Below, one piece after another: positions 50,102 through 59,343 of a DNA stretch of 64,000 bases. Source of the stretch: an uncultured Acidimicrobiia bacterium (GTDB lineage Bacteria; Actinomycetota; Acidimicrobiia; IMCC26256; JAENVU01); the NCBI GenBank assembly GCA_963752335.1, contig CAVVXW010000003.1, forward strand, positions 14,700 through 78,699, given 5' to 3'. Position 1 is the first letter of the stretch; the number at the start of each line of letters is the position of its first letter. The notes beneath the pieces are model-generated. The model did no database searches, had not been told where the DNA came from, and saw only the letters and a program-made list of their open reading frames with translations. Position numbers and translations under genes: made by a program.

Positions 50102-50506
50102 ATGCCGTCGCGGCGAGCCCGCGGGCGCTCCTACACTCGCTCCGTGGTCCGCGGCACCGACTACGAACTCGCCCGGCGCTCCGTCCTGCGTGATCTCGCG
50201 GCCGGACGGGTCAACCGCTCCGACGTGTGCGACGCCCATCCCGAGCTGCTGCGCGCCGCGCGCAACGTCGGCGAGCGGGTGGGCAGGCCGTGCCCCGTGT
50301 GCAAGAGCCGGAAGCTCTTCCATGTCTCCTACGTCTACGGCGACCGGCTGCGTGCGGCGAACGGCCGGGCGCTGTCCCGGCCCGACGAGCTCGACAAGCT
50401 GTCGCGCCAGCACGACGAGTTCGACCGCTACGTCGTCGAGGTCTGCACCGACTGCGGCTGGAACCACCTCGGCCGCCGCGAGATCCACGGCCGCAAAGCC
50501 GTCTGA
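50102..50506 (+). CDS. DUF5318-like conserved actinobacterial protein
   Basis: ATG 50102 within ORF 49616..50506. DVCDAHPELLRAA..PCPVCKSRKL..VYGD..VVEVCTDCGWNHL. Confidence 0.7.
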   Translation: MPSRRARGRSYTRSVVRGTDYELARRSVLRDLAAGRVNRSDVCDAHPELLRAARNVGERVGRPCPVCKSRKLFHVSYVYGDRLRAANGRALSRPDELDKLSRQHDEFDRYVVEVCTDCGWNHLGRREIHGRKAV

Positions 50507-50644
50507 TCCCCACCCCGCGACCCGGCCCGGCGTGAGCCCATCGCCCCCGGAGAAGGCCCCGTACGGGATCCAGCACGGACGGGAACTCCACGGCGCGCGC
50601 GTGGACGAGGTGGCGGTCGAGGCGGCCGGAGCCCCGACGGCCCC

Positions 50645-50836
50645 TCAGCGTGCGCGTTCGTGGGGGTACTGCGTGCAGCAGGAGACACACCAGCGCTCGA
50701 CCTCGTCGACCACCGTCTCGGAGGCGGGCGTGTCCCACTGCGCGGGGACGACGTAGACCCGTCGGACCGCCAGCAGCTCGGGCTCCTCGCGGTCGCAGTT
50801 GTCGCACCGGCTCACAGGGGTGACCCTATCGATCAC
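50645..50836 (-). CDS. Small Cys-rich (zinc-ribbon-like) protein
   Basis: 63 aa with CDNC...CVSCC. Confidence 0.5.
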   Translation of the reverse strand: MIDRVTPVSRCDNCDREEPELLAVRRVYVVPAQWDTPASETVVDEVERWCVSCCTQYPHERAR

Positions 50837-51489
50837 TCCGTGCGGAGCGCCGCGCCCGGACGGATGCGCGACGCGTGACGAGCGGGCGCGGCGAAGATCA
50901 GCGGCGTCGCTCCTCCGCGAGGTCTCGGATCGGGACCTGCGAGCCCGGGACGGTCTGGCTGCCCGCCTCGTCGGCCACGACGCTGCCGAGCGCGCGCCCG
51001 ACGTCGCGGTGGAACCGCGCCGTGCTCGTTCCCTGGCGGAGCCGCACGACGGTTCACGACGATCTCGTCGACGCGAACCCGCCGGGGCAGCCGACCGACG
51101 ACGAGCAGCGGGCGTGCGACGGTGCGGTACAGGTGGTCGTCGGCCGGCGCGAGCGTGCCGAGCTCGGGGTGCTGCTTGGTCGCGATGCTGGCGAGCGCGA
51201 ACTGTCTGCTGGCGAGCACCTCGGGGAGCCGTTGGACCGCCGAGTAGTCGACGTCGTGCGCGCCCACCTGGGTGCCGAACACGACGGCGTCGGGAGAGCC
51301 GGTCGCCGCCTTGAACCTTCCGAATGCCGCATCGGTCCGCCGGGCGCCCGCGATCGCCGCGATCGAGACCCCTCCTGCGGCCCCGGCAAGGAGCCCGAGG
51401 AGGATCGTGGCACGCCAGCGGCGGGTGAGCTCGCGCCCGGCCCAGAACCGAGCGGCGCCACCGGGAAGGCGGGTCGGGTGGGTGGCCAC
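50833..51489 (-). pseudogene. FtsX/MacB-like ABC permease, N-terminal fragment only
   Basis: N-terminal TM helix plus MacB-type periplasmic-domain start (RRTDAAFGRFKAATGSPDAVVF..LLVVGRLP..DEIVVN). It then degenerates into an R/P/G-rich tail. No FtsX TM bundle follows. Confidence 0.4.
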
Positions 51490-51649
51490 GGTCTCATCCT
51501 GACTCCGCTCGGACAGCCCGCAAGGCGGACACCCCCCGGAACCACGGTCGTGCCAGCACCCGGCCCGCCTGGCGGATCGGCCTCCCGGGCGGCGTACACT
51601 TTCGGCGCTGCCGGGAGCCGTGCGTGCCCTGGACGGCGGAGGTCACGAG

Positions 51650-52576
51650 ATGACGGTTGGACCCGCTCCATCACGTGTCGGCGCGAAGCCGGTCACGGCG
51701 CCGGAGATCGCCGCGGCCAAGGGCGCGGCCGAGCCCCTCGTCATGGTGACCGCGTACGACGCGCCCAGCGCCCGCGTGGTCGACGGTGCCGGCGTCGACA
51801 TGATCCTGGTCGGCGACACGCTCGCGATGGTGGTGCTCGGCTACGACGACACGCTCCAGGTCACGACCGACGACATGGCTCACCACGTCGGAGCGGTCGC
51901 ACGGACCAAGCCGCACGCGCTGATCGTCGGCGACCTGCCGTGGATGAGCTACCACGTGTCCCGTGAGGAGACGGTACGGAACGCCGCGACGCTGATCCGT
52001 GCGGGCGCGGGAGCCGTGAAGCTCGAGGGTGGCCGCAAGCGCCTCGACGCCATCACCGCGATCCTCGACACGGAGATCCCCGTGATGGGGCACCTCGGCC
52101 TGACGCCGCAGTCGATCCACGCGCTCGGCGGCTTCAAGGTCCAGGGGAAGCAGCTGGATGCGGCGCGACGGATCGTGGACGACGCGGTGGCGCTGGCCGA
52201 CGCGGGCTGCTTCGCGATCGTCCTCGAGTGCGTGCCCGACGGCGTCGCACGGATGGTCACCGACGCGATCTCGGTCCCGACGATCGGGATCGGTGCCGGA
52301 CGGCACTGCGACGGTCAGGTGCTCGTGTACCACGATCTGCTCGGGCTCGAGGACCGCATGCGGCCCCGCTTCGTCCGGCGCTACGCCGAGTTGGGTGTGG
52401 TCGCGACGGCCGCAGTGTCCGAGTTCGTCGACGACGTCCGCGCCCGCCGGTTCCCGTCGAGCGAGGAGACCTACCACATGACCGACCAGCTGGAGGGCGC
52501 CATCGACCTCTCCGGCGTGGAGGTCGCCGGCGACGGCTCCGACCAGCCGACGCCCTCCACGCTCACCGACGCGTAG
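51650..52576 (+). CDS. panB: 3-methyl-2-oxobutanoate hydroxymethyltransferase
   Basis: ATG 51650 after GGAGG. LVMVTAYD, ILVGDTLAMVVLGYD.T, KLEGG, PVMGHLGLTPQS. Confidence 0.93.
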   Translation: MTVGPAPSRVGAKPVTAPEIAAAKGAAEPLVMVTAYDAPSARVVDGAGVDMILVGDTLAMVVLGYDDTLQVTTDDMAHHVGAVARTKPHALIVGDLPWMSYHVSREETVRNAATLIRAGAGAVKLEGGRKRLDAITAILDTEIPVMGHLGLTPQSIHALGGFKVQGKQLDAARRIVDDAVALADAGCFAIVLECVPDGVARMVTDAISVPTIGIGAGRHCDGQVLVYHDLLGLEDRMRPRFVRRYAELGVVATAAVSEFVDDVRARRFPSSEETYHMTDQLEGAIDLSGVEVAGDGSDQPTPSTLTDA

Positions 52577-52793
52577 CGCTCGCCCGAGGGCGTGGTGTCC
52601 GCCCGAGCAACGAGCGCAACCGAGGTGATGGTCACACCCCCCGCGTACCGTCCTCTCCGATAGGTCCGGGCGGGGCGCCTCTGGTAGCGTCCCCGCCTCA
52701 CATCGGGATGCCCGTCATCGACGGTCGGATCCCTTCATGTCCACCCTGCCCCTCGGCGGCGGGACCGTCAGCGGTCCCTCCCGGCCCGGGGGC

Positions 52794-52819
52794 CCACCGG
52801 GGCCGACGGCACCCGGTGG
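52794..52819 (+). promoter_or_regulatory. Hairpin immediately upstream of the rpsF Shine-Dalgarno (possible S6:S18 autoregulatory leader)
   Basis: CCACCGGG-N10-CCCGGTGG 8-bp stem ending 4 nt before GAAGGAGG. Position is consistent with known rpsF leader elements. Confidence 0.3.
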
Positions 52820-52839
52820 TCCGAAGGAGGTATCGGTCC

Positions 52840-53214
52840 ATGCGGCCGTACGAGGTCATGGTCATCTTCGACGCGGACCTGGAAGAGGAGACCATCCGGT
52901 CCGCCGTCGATCGCTCGATCGAGCTCATCGAGTCCAAGGGCGCCGAGCGTGGCCCGGTGGACTGGTGGGGCAAGCGGCGGCTCGCGTACGAGCTCAAGCA
53001 CCGCTGGGAGGGCTACTACGTCGTCCTCCAGGCGAAGGCCGAGCCCGCGGCGATGGATGACCTGCACCGGTCGCTCTCCCTTTCGGACGACGTCATCCGG
53101 CACAAGATCCTCCGGATCCCCGAGCACGTCTACGGCACGCTCGGGGGCACGCCATCGCCAGCCGATGCGGGTCCCGACCTGGCCGGCGAGGCGAGCGACG
53201 ACGACGACGAGTAG
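52840..53214 (+). CDS. rpsF: 30S ribosomal protein S6
   Basis: ATG 52840 after GAAGGAGG. MRPYEVMVIFDADLEEE.. with acidic C-terminus DDDDE. Confidence 0.95.
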   Translation: MRPYEVMVIFDADLEEETIRSAVDRSIELIESKGAERGPVDWWGKRRLAYELKHRWEGYYVVLQAKAEPAAMDDLHRSLSLSDDVIRHKILRIPEHVYGTLGGTPSPADAGPDLAGEASDDDDE

Positions 53215-53280
53215 GCGGGTCGCCGGGCGCAGCCCGTCGTAGGAGCACGAAGACCCGCGAGCGGTATTGGAGGCACGACC

Positions 53281-53775
53281 ATGGCAGACAACACCATCAC
53301 CATCGTGGGCAACCTGACCCGCGACCCCGAGATCCGGTACACGGCGTCCGGCCAGGCGAACGCTCGCCTCGGCATGGCCGTGAGCCGGCGCTGGCAGAAC
53401 CGCCAGACCCAGGAGTGGGAGGAGCGCACGAGCTTCTTCAACGTCGTTGCCTGGGGCGACATGGCCGAGAACATCAGCGACACGCTGGGCAAGGGCACCC
53501 GCGTGATCGTGAACGGCCGGCTCGAGCAGCGCTCGTGGGAGACCGACCAGGGCGAGAAGCGCAGCGTCGTCGAGGTGATCGCGGACGAGATCGGTCCCAG
53601 CCTGCGCTGGGCGACGGCGGAGGTCAAGCGCTCCGAGCGTCGTGGGGGTGGCGGCGCGCCCGCCGGTGGCGACTTCGGTGGTGGTGGCCGCGGGTCCGCC
53701 AGCGGGAGCGGCGGTGGGGGCGGCGCGCCCGCGTCGTCCGGTGGGAACGACGGCTTCGACGAAGAGCCCTTCTAG
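53281..53775 (+). CDS. ssb: Single-stranded DNA-binding protein
   Basis: 164 aa. OB fold ITIVGNLTRDPEIRYT, Gly-rich linker, C-terminal tip DEEPF. Confidence 0.96.
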   Translation: MADNTITIVGNLTRDPEIRYTASGQANARLGMAVSRRWQNRQTQEWEERTSFFNVVAWGDMAENISDTLGKGTRVIVNGRLEQRSWETDQGEKRSVVEVIADEIGPSLRWATAEVKRSERRGGGGAPAGGDFGGGGRGSASGSGGGGGAPASSGGNDGFDEEPF

Positions 53776-53793
53776 GGTGCGAAAGGCGATCTG

Positions 53794-54294
53794 ATGGCAC
53801 GAGATCGGGACCGGCGCAAGAGCCCCGCCAACGACCGGCGGAGAGTCCAGAAGAAGAAGGTGTCGATCCTCACGCAGGAGAAGATCGACTGGGTCGACTA
53901 CAAGGACGTGAACCTGCTCCGCCGGTTCATGTCCGAGCGAGCGAAGATCCGCGCTCGCCGGGTCACCGGCAACAACGCCCAGCAGCAGCGCGAGATCGCG
54001 CGTGCCATCCGCGTCGCGCGCGAGATGGCGCTCCTGCCCTACAGCGTCCGTCAGGTGACCCAGCGCAGCCGCAGCGGTCGCCGCGACCGGGATCGACTGG
54101 ACCCGAGCGCGCCCATGCCGACGCCGGATGCCCCGCCGCCCGTCGCCGACGAGAACGGCGAGCTGCCCGAGGGCGTGACGATCGACGCGACCGGCGCGGA
54201 GGGTGCGGTGACCGAGCCCACGGCCGCGGCCGAGGTGGCCGAGGCGCCCGACGTCGCGAGCACGGCCGGAACGGGCGACGGGGGCGAGGCATGA
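53794..54294 (+). CDS. rpsR: 30S ribosomal protein S18 with about 80-aa C-terminal extension
   Basis: S18 core [49 protein letters not shown], followed by an acidic Ala/Pro/Glu-rich tail. Confidence 0.92.
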   Translation: MARDRDRRKSPANDRRRVQKKKVSILTQEKIDWVDYKDVNLLRRFMSERAKIRARRVTGNNAQQQREIARAIRVAREMALLPYSVRQVTQRSRSGRRDRDRLDPSAPMPTPDAPPPVADENGELPEGVTIDATGAEGAVTEPTAAAEVAEAPDVASTAGTGDGGEA

Positions 54295-54737
54295 AGATCG
54301 TGCTCCGGGAAGACGTCGACCGGCTCGGCAAGAAGGGCGACCTGCTGGAGGTCGCACCCGGCTACGCGCGCAACTACCTCGTCCCGCGCGGGCTGGCGAT
54401 CGTCGCGAGCCGTGGTGCCGAGAAGCAGGCGGCGGCCATGCGCCGCAACCGCGAGGCACGCGACACGCGTGAGCGTGAGCAGGCCCAGGCGCTCGTCGCC
54501 CAGCTCACCGCGGCACCGGTGCTCGTGACGGCGCGCGCCGGCGAGGGCGGCAAGCTCTTCGGCTCGGTCACCTCGGCCGACATCGCCGCGGCGATCGAGG
54601 TCTCGAGCGGGGTCACCGTCGACCGCCGCAAGGTCTTGCTCGACGAGCCGATCAAAGCGCTCGGTACCAGCGAGGTCGAGGTCGCACTCCACACCGATGT
54701 GAAGGTCACCGTCACGGTGGAGGTCGCCGCCGGCTGA
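54291..54737 (+). CDS. rplI: 50S ribosomal protein L9
   Basis: ATG 54291 with an ATGA overlap to rps[37 protein letters not shown]. Confidence 0.95.
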   Translation: MKIVLREDVDRLGKKGDLLEVAPGYARNYLVPRGLAIVASRGAEKQAAAMRRNREARDTREREQAQALVAQLTAAPVLVTARAGEGGKLFGSVTSADIAAAIEVSSGVTVDRRKVLLDEPIKALGTSEVEVALHTDVKVTVTVEVAAG

Positions 54738-54763
54738 ACGACGCCACGCGGCACGGTTCCCCG

Positions 54764-54792
54764 ATCGACCCGCCCGGCGAGGGCGGGTCGAT
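54764..54792 (+). terminator. Strong hairpin after rplI (12-bp perfect stem, 5-nt loop)
   Basis: ATCGACCCGCCC-GGCGA-GGGCGGGTCGAT, 27 nt after the rplI stop. No U-tract, which is common in high-GC actinobacteria. Confidence 0.55.
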
Positions 54793-54984
54793 TCGCGCCG
54801 ATTCGACCGCGTGGTCACACCGCGCGGCGAGCATGGACGTCGACCGTCGTCCACAGCCCTGGGGACGACGAGGGTCCACCGTCCCCAGGCAATCCACACA
54901 GATACTGGGGTCTGTCCACTTCCAACCCACAGGCCGACAGTGTGACGATGACCCCCGGGACGTCGGGGGTCGGGGAGGGTTCGC

Positions 54985-56346
54985 GTGGTGCAACCGGGTG
55001 ACGTGCGCCGACCGCCGGCCGGGGGTCGGATTCCGCCGCACAACCTCGAAGCCGAGGAGTCGCTGCTGGGCGCGATGCTGATCTCGCGCGACGCGATCAC
55101 GGCCGCGGTCGAGGCGCGGGTCGACGCCGCGGACTTCTACAAGCCCGCCCACGGTCACGTCTTCGACGCCATCTGGAGCCTGTACGAGCAGGGTGAGCCC
55201 GTCGACCCGGTCACGGTCGCGGAGGAGCTGCGCCGCGCCAACCTGCTCGAGGCGCTCGGCGGCAAGGGGATCCTGCTCCAGCTCCAGGCGAGCACACCGG
55301 CATCGGCCAACGCGGGGCACTACGCGCGGATCGTCGGCGACCTCGCGCTGCTGCGCCGTCTGATCACGGTGTCGGGCGAGATCGCCGAGAGCGCGTACGG
55401 CCAGCCCGACGATGTGACCGACACGGTCGACCGCGCCGAGGCGATGGTCTTCGAGGTCGCCGAGAAGCGCATCTCGGAGTCGCTCGTGAAGCTGTTCGAG
55501 TCGGTGACCGAGACGGTGGACCAGCTCGAGCACATGTACGGCGACGACGACGCGCTCACCGGCATGCCGACCGGCTACCACGACGTCGACCGGATCCTGC
55601 TCGGCCTCCAGCCCTCGACGCTCAACATCGTGGCCGCCCGCCCGGGCGCCGGGAAGACCGCGTTCATGCTCGGCGCGGCGGCGAACGTCGCGATGGAGAG
55701 CCGCCGGCCGGTCCTCTTCTTCTCGCTGGAGATGGGGGCGGTCGAGCTCACCAAGCGGATGCTCGCGGCCGAGTCGCGCGTCGATGCCCGCAAGCTCCAG
55801 ACCGGCAAGCTCACCGACGCGGACTGGAGCCGGCTGAACACCGCGATCAGCCACCTCGGCGAGGCGCCGATGTTCATCGACGACAACCCGCACTGCACGG
55901 TCATGGAGATGCGGGCCAAGGCCCGAAGGATCAAGGCCCGTTACGGCGACCTGGGCCTGATCGTGGTCGACTACCTGCAGCTCATGAGCTCGCCCCGACG
56001 CTCGGAGAACCGCCAGGTGGAGGTCTCGGAGATGTCGCGGGGTCTGAAGATCCTCGCCCGCGAGCTCGAGTGCCCGCTCGTGGTCGGCGCGCAGCTGAAC
56101 CGGCAGCTCGAGTACCGCCAGGACAAGCGCCCGATGCTGGCCGACCTCCGGGAATCGGGCTCGATCGAGCAGGACGCCGACGTCGTGCTGTTCCTCTACC
56201 GGGACGACGCGTACAACCCGGAGTCGGACCAGCGCGGCGTCGCCGAGGTGATCGTGGGCAAGCACCGCAACGGCCCGACGGGCACCGCCCGACTCGCCTT
56301 CCTCGACCACATCGTCAAGTTCGCCAACATGGCGACCACCCCCTGA
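54985..56346 (+). CDS. dnaB: Replicative DNA helicase DnaB (no intein)
   Basis: 453 aa. PPHNLEAEESLLGAML, Walker A ARPGAGKTAF, IVVDYLQLM, RESGSIEQDADVV. Confidence 0.97.
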   Translation: MVQPGDVRRPPAGGRIPPHNLEAEESLLGAMLISRDAITAAVEARVDAADFYKPAHGHVFDAIWSLYEQGEPVDPVTVAEELRRANLLEALGGKGILLQLQASTPASANAGHYARIVGDLALLRRLITVSGEIAESAYGQPDDVTDTVDRAEAMVFEVAEKRISESLVKLFESVTETVDQLEHMYGDDDALTGMPTGYHDVDRILLGLQPSTLNIVAARPGAGKTAFMLGAAANVAMESRRPVLFFSLEMGAVELTKRMLAAESRVDARKLQTGKLTDADWSRLNTAISHLGEAPMFIDDNPHCTVMEMRAKARRIKARYGDLGLIVVDYLQLMSSPRRSENRQVEVSEMSRGLKILARELECPLVVGAQLNRQLEYRQDKRPMLADLRESGSIEQDADVVLFLYRDDAYNPESDQRGVAEVIVGKHRNGPTGTARLAFLDHIVKFANMATTP

Positions 56347-56412
56347 GGCGCCCGATCCCTGCTCTGGGCGCGCACGACGCGCCGGAAACCGCGCGTTTCG
56401 CGTGGGAGAACG

Positions 56413-56898
56413 TCAGTCGGGTCGGGACCAGTCCCGGTTCGGCTCGGCGGGGGGCATCACGAAGCCGGGCCGGGGACGCCACCCCGAGGCGCGCAGGTCC
56501 TCGTTGACGTGGGCCATGTTGAGCAGGTCCTCCTCGTAGGAGAACTTGCCGGCACCGGCGTAGACGAGGGTCGAGTAGCCGGACTGGCGGTACGGGGTGC
56601 CGTCGGGCCGGGCCCCCGGCGTGATCTGGGTCCACTTGACCACGACGGTGTCGCCCTCGATCGCGACGTACTCCACCGGGAAGGCCCAGTCCTCGAGCCC
56701 CCGCATCGACTCGTCGAGGAACGTGCGCAGCTCCTCGATGCCCTCGACTCGACCCCACGCGGGATCGATGTACACGCAGTCGTCGGTGAAGAACTCCGCG
56801 ATGCCGCCCCAACCCTGCTCCTCGCCGGCGTCGATGCGCCGGCGCAGGTCCTGGTAGCGCTCGAGGGTCGCTTCGATCTCGGCTCGCGGAAACGGCAT
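56413..56898 (-). CDS. SnoaL-like / NTF2-fold protein
   Basis: 161 aa with the pattern ..FFTDDCVYIDPAWGRVEGIEELRTFL..VVVKW.. Confidence 0.6.
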   Translation of the reverse strand: MPFPRAEIEATLERYQDLRRRIDAGEEQGWGGIAEFFTDDCVYIDPAWGRVEGIEELRTFLDESMRGLEDWAFPVEYVAIEGDTVVVKWTQITPGARPDGTPYRQSGYSTLVYAGAGKFSYEEDLLNMAHVNEDLRASGWRPRPGFVMPPAEPNRDWSRPD

Positions 56899-56907
56899 GG
56901 CGTCCTC

Positions 56908-57567
56908 TCAGAACAGCTTGAGCTTGGGATCGTCGTGGGTACGGAGGTCATCGAGGTCGATCTCGACGCACTCGATGTCGAGGCTCTCGGCGTAGACGCG
57001 GGCCTGAGGCTTGATACGTGTCGCGACGAACATGCCACGGGTCGGGGCGAGCCGCGTGTCGAGGTCGAGTCGCGCCTGATAGCGCGCGAGCTGGTCCACG
57101 CCGGCGATCTCCCCGATCCGCTTGACCTCGATCGCGACGGCCCGCCCGTCGCCGTCACGACAGAGGAAGTCGATCGGGCCGATGTCGGTCGGGTACTCCC
57201 GCCGCACGAGGGTCAGGTCGTCCCGCAGCGTCTGGACGCGCATCTCGATCAGGGCCTGGAGCTCGGCCTCGACGCCGTCCTTCTCGAGACCGGGGTCCTC
57301 GCCGAGCTCGAGGGTGTGGTCGTGCAGGACCTCGTGGAGCTCCACGACGAGCCGTTCGCCCTTGGTGCTCTCGGCCGTGATCATGTCGTCCCCGACGCGG
57401 ATCGTGCAGGGCGGGCTCATCCAGTTGAGCGGCTTGTAGGCCCGCGCGTCCGAGTGGATCGCGAGGCTGCCGTCGGCCTTCAGCATCACCAGGCGGGTCG
57501 CCGCGCCGAGCCGGGCTCCGAGGCGGCCTTCGTAGGTCACCGAACAGCGGGCCAGGATCAAGCGCAC
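56908..57567 (-). CDS. nucS: Endonuclease NucS (EndoMS)
   Basis: GTG 57567 within ORF 56908..58731. VRLILARCSVTYEGRL.., YKPLNWM, C-terminal nuclease DFLCRDGDGRAVAIEVKR. Confidence 0.92.
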   Translation of the reverse strand: MRLILARCSVTYEGRLGARLGAATRLVMLKADGSLAIHSDARAYKPLNWMSPPCTIRVGDDMITAESTKGERLVVELHEVLHDHTLELGEDPGLEKDGVEAELQALIEMRVQTLRDDLTLVRREYPTDIGPIDFLCRDGDGRAVAIEVKRIGEIAGVDQLARYQARLDLDTRLAPTRGMFVATRIKPQARVYAESLDIECVEIDLDDLRTHDDPKLKLF

Positions 57568-57642
57568 GGCAGATGTTCGCACGTGGGAACCGGCCGGTGG
57601 GTCGGGACGTCCAAGCGTCGCAGACGACCCGAGGGGGAGAAG

Positions 57643-58564
57643 ATGCGACGCTGGTTCGGATCCGCGGTGGTGCTGGTGCTGGTGGCCGGGGGTTTCGTGG
57701 CGCTGGCGCGCTCCGGACGCGAGGGTGCGTCGCCGGCGAAGGAAGCGGGCGTTTCGTCGGCCGCGACACGGGGGCTGGCGTCGTCGACGAAGGGCCCCGC
57801 CGGGTTGCCGACGGCCGTGCCGGACGCGACCGGCGGCCGGAAGACCCTCGGCGCAGATGGCGCGGCGAGCGGCACCGGTTCGGTGCCGCGAGTCGACGCC
57901 AGGGTGGTCAAGCGCGCCACGATCGAGCTGCGCGTGCCGGCCGGCTCGCTCGACCGCCGGTTCGCGTCGGTCTCCGGCCTCGCCGATCTGCTCGGAGGCT
58001 ACGTGGCGAGCACCGATCGCTCCGGTGACGTGGCGACGGTCTCGCTGCGGGTCCCGGCGGCCCAGTTCGGCACGGCCCTCACGCGTCTGGCCGTCGCTCG
58101 GGAAGGTCACGGCCCGGTCGGAGCGCGGGGACGACGTGACCGCGCAGTTCGTCGACCTCGACGCGCGGATCCGCAACCTCGCCGCCCAGGAAGCCGTGCT
58201 CCAGGATCTCATGGACCGGGCAGGCTCGGTCCCCGACAGCATCGCGATCGAGCAGCAGCTCTCGGAGACCCGCGGCCAGATCGAGCAGCTCACGGGCCAG
58301 CGCAACCTCCTGGACGACCAGGCGTCCTTCGCCGCGATCTCGGTCTCGCTCCATCGAGCAGGTGCCGCGGCCGCGCCCGCGCCCGACCGCGGCTCCCTCG
58401 CCCGGGCGTGGCACGACGCGATCGGAGTCTCGGTCGCGATCGTCGCGGGCTCGATCGTCGTCCTCGGCGCGGTCGTGCCCATCGCCGCGCTGGTGGCCGT
58501 CGGCTTCCTGACCTGGACGATCGTCCGGCGCCGCCGGCGCCCGGCGCTCCATCCTGCCGGCTGA
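57643..58564 (+). pseudogene. DUF4349-family membrane-anchored protein, frame-disrupted
   Basis: ATG 57643 (MRRWFGSAVVLVLVAGGFVAL..ELRVPAGSLDRRF..VSLRVPAAQFGTAL). The continuation LGKVTARSERGDDVTAQFVDLDARIRNL.. with a C-terminal TM pair lies in ORF 57725..58564. Shift at about 58090-58097. Confidence 0.7.
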
Positions 58565-58781
58565 TGTCCGAGAGGTGAACAGTCGGGGCGATCGGTTGAG
58601 AGGGGTCGCGACCGCCCACCTCGGTTCGCGTCGACGCCGGCCGTGCCCGCGGACCTCCTTCCCGAGCGGGTCTCGCACACGAGCGACCACGCCGGCCTGG
58701 CGCAGTTCGCCGGGAGCACCGTGGCGGTCATCGCGGGTGCTCGACGGGGAGCGCGTGCACAACGGTCGGTAGCCTCGGCCC

Positions 58782-59063
58782 GTGACGTTCTACGACCAGG
58801 TGCTGCGCGAGCTCGTCGTCGCCTTCGGGGGCGCGTTGTTCGTCGCCAACGTCCTGGCGCTCCTGCGGCGCCGCCGCGACACGCAGGTGCGGGCGGGCGC
58901 TGCGGGCGCGCGGAGCGCCAAGGTCAAGGGGTCGAGCCGCGTGACGGCCACCGGACGAACCCGCGAGGGTGAGCTGATCCAGGCGCCGGTGGCGCGGTCG
59001 GCAGCGTTCGCGGTGCTGGGCTTCGTGATGATGGTGGCCGGCATCGCGGCCCTCACCGCCTGA
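58782..59063 (+). CDS. Small membrane protein, unknown function
   Basis: 93-aa ORF with two hydrophobic segments separated by a basic loop. Confidence 0.45.
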   Translation: MTFYDQVLRELVVAFGGALFVANVLALLRRRRDTQVRAGAAGARSAKVKGSSRVTATGRTREGELIQAPVARSAAFAVLGFVMMVAGIAALTA

Positions 59064-59193
59064 CCCGGCGGCGGGCGCTGCGCGCGTGCGGCGAAGCCGT
59101 GCGGGATCCACATGCCGCGGCACCGGCGTTCTCGCCAACGTTGCGGAGGTGGCGGAGAGCGGGCGGAACCGGCCCTGACGTGGGCGTCTTGTC

Positions 59194-59267
59194 TGGAGCG
59201 GGTGACGAGAATCGAACTCGCGTTCTCAGCTTGGGAAGCTGATGTTCTGCCTCTGAACTACACCCGC
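59194..59267 (-). tRNA. tRNA-Gly (anticodon CCC), CCA encoded
   Basis: Minus-strand GCGGGTGTAGTTCAGAGGCAGAACATCAGCTTCCCAAGCTGAGAACGCGAGTTCGATTCTCGTCACCCGCTCCA. Anticodon loop TTCCCAA. Confidence 0.93.
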
Positions 59268-59287
59268 GGGAGTCGGGGATCATACGT

Positions 59288-59320
59288 GAAGCGGCCCCGG
59301 GGACTCCCCGGGGCCGCTTC
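59288..59320 (-). terminator. Very strong palindromic hairpin (15-bp stem, 3-nt loop) after the secreted-repeat-protein gene
   Basis: GAAGCGGCCCCGGGG-ACT-CCCCGGGGCCGCTTC, 24 nt beyond the stop at 59344. Confidence 0.6.
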
Positions 59321-59343
59321 GCTGTCCGTGCTGCGCAGATCGA

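Noticed and set aside
19842-56346. Inteins in gyrA, gyrB, recF or dnaB (common in actinobacterial dnaB and gyrA).
   Set aside because: The proteins have ordinary lengths (820, 633, 365 and 453 aa) and contiguous conserved motifs, with no insertion.
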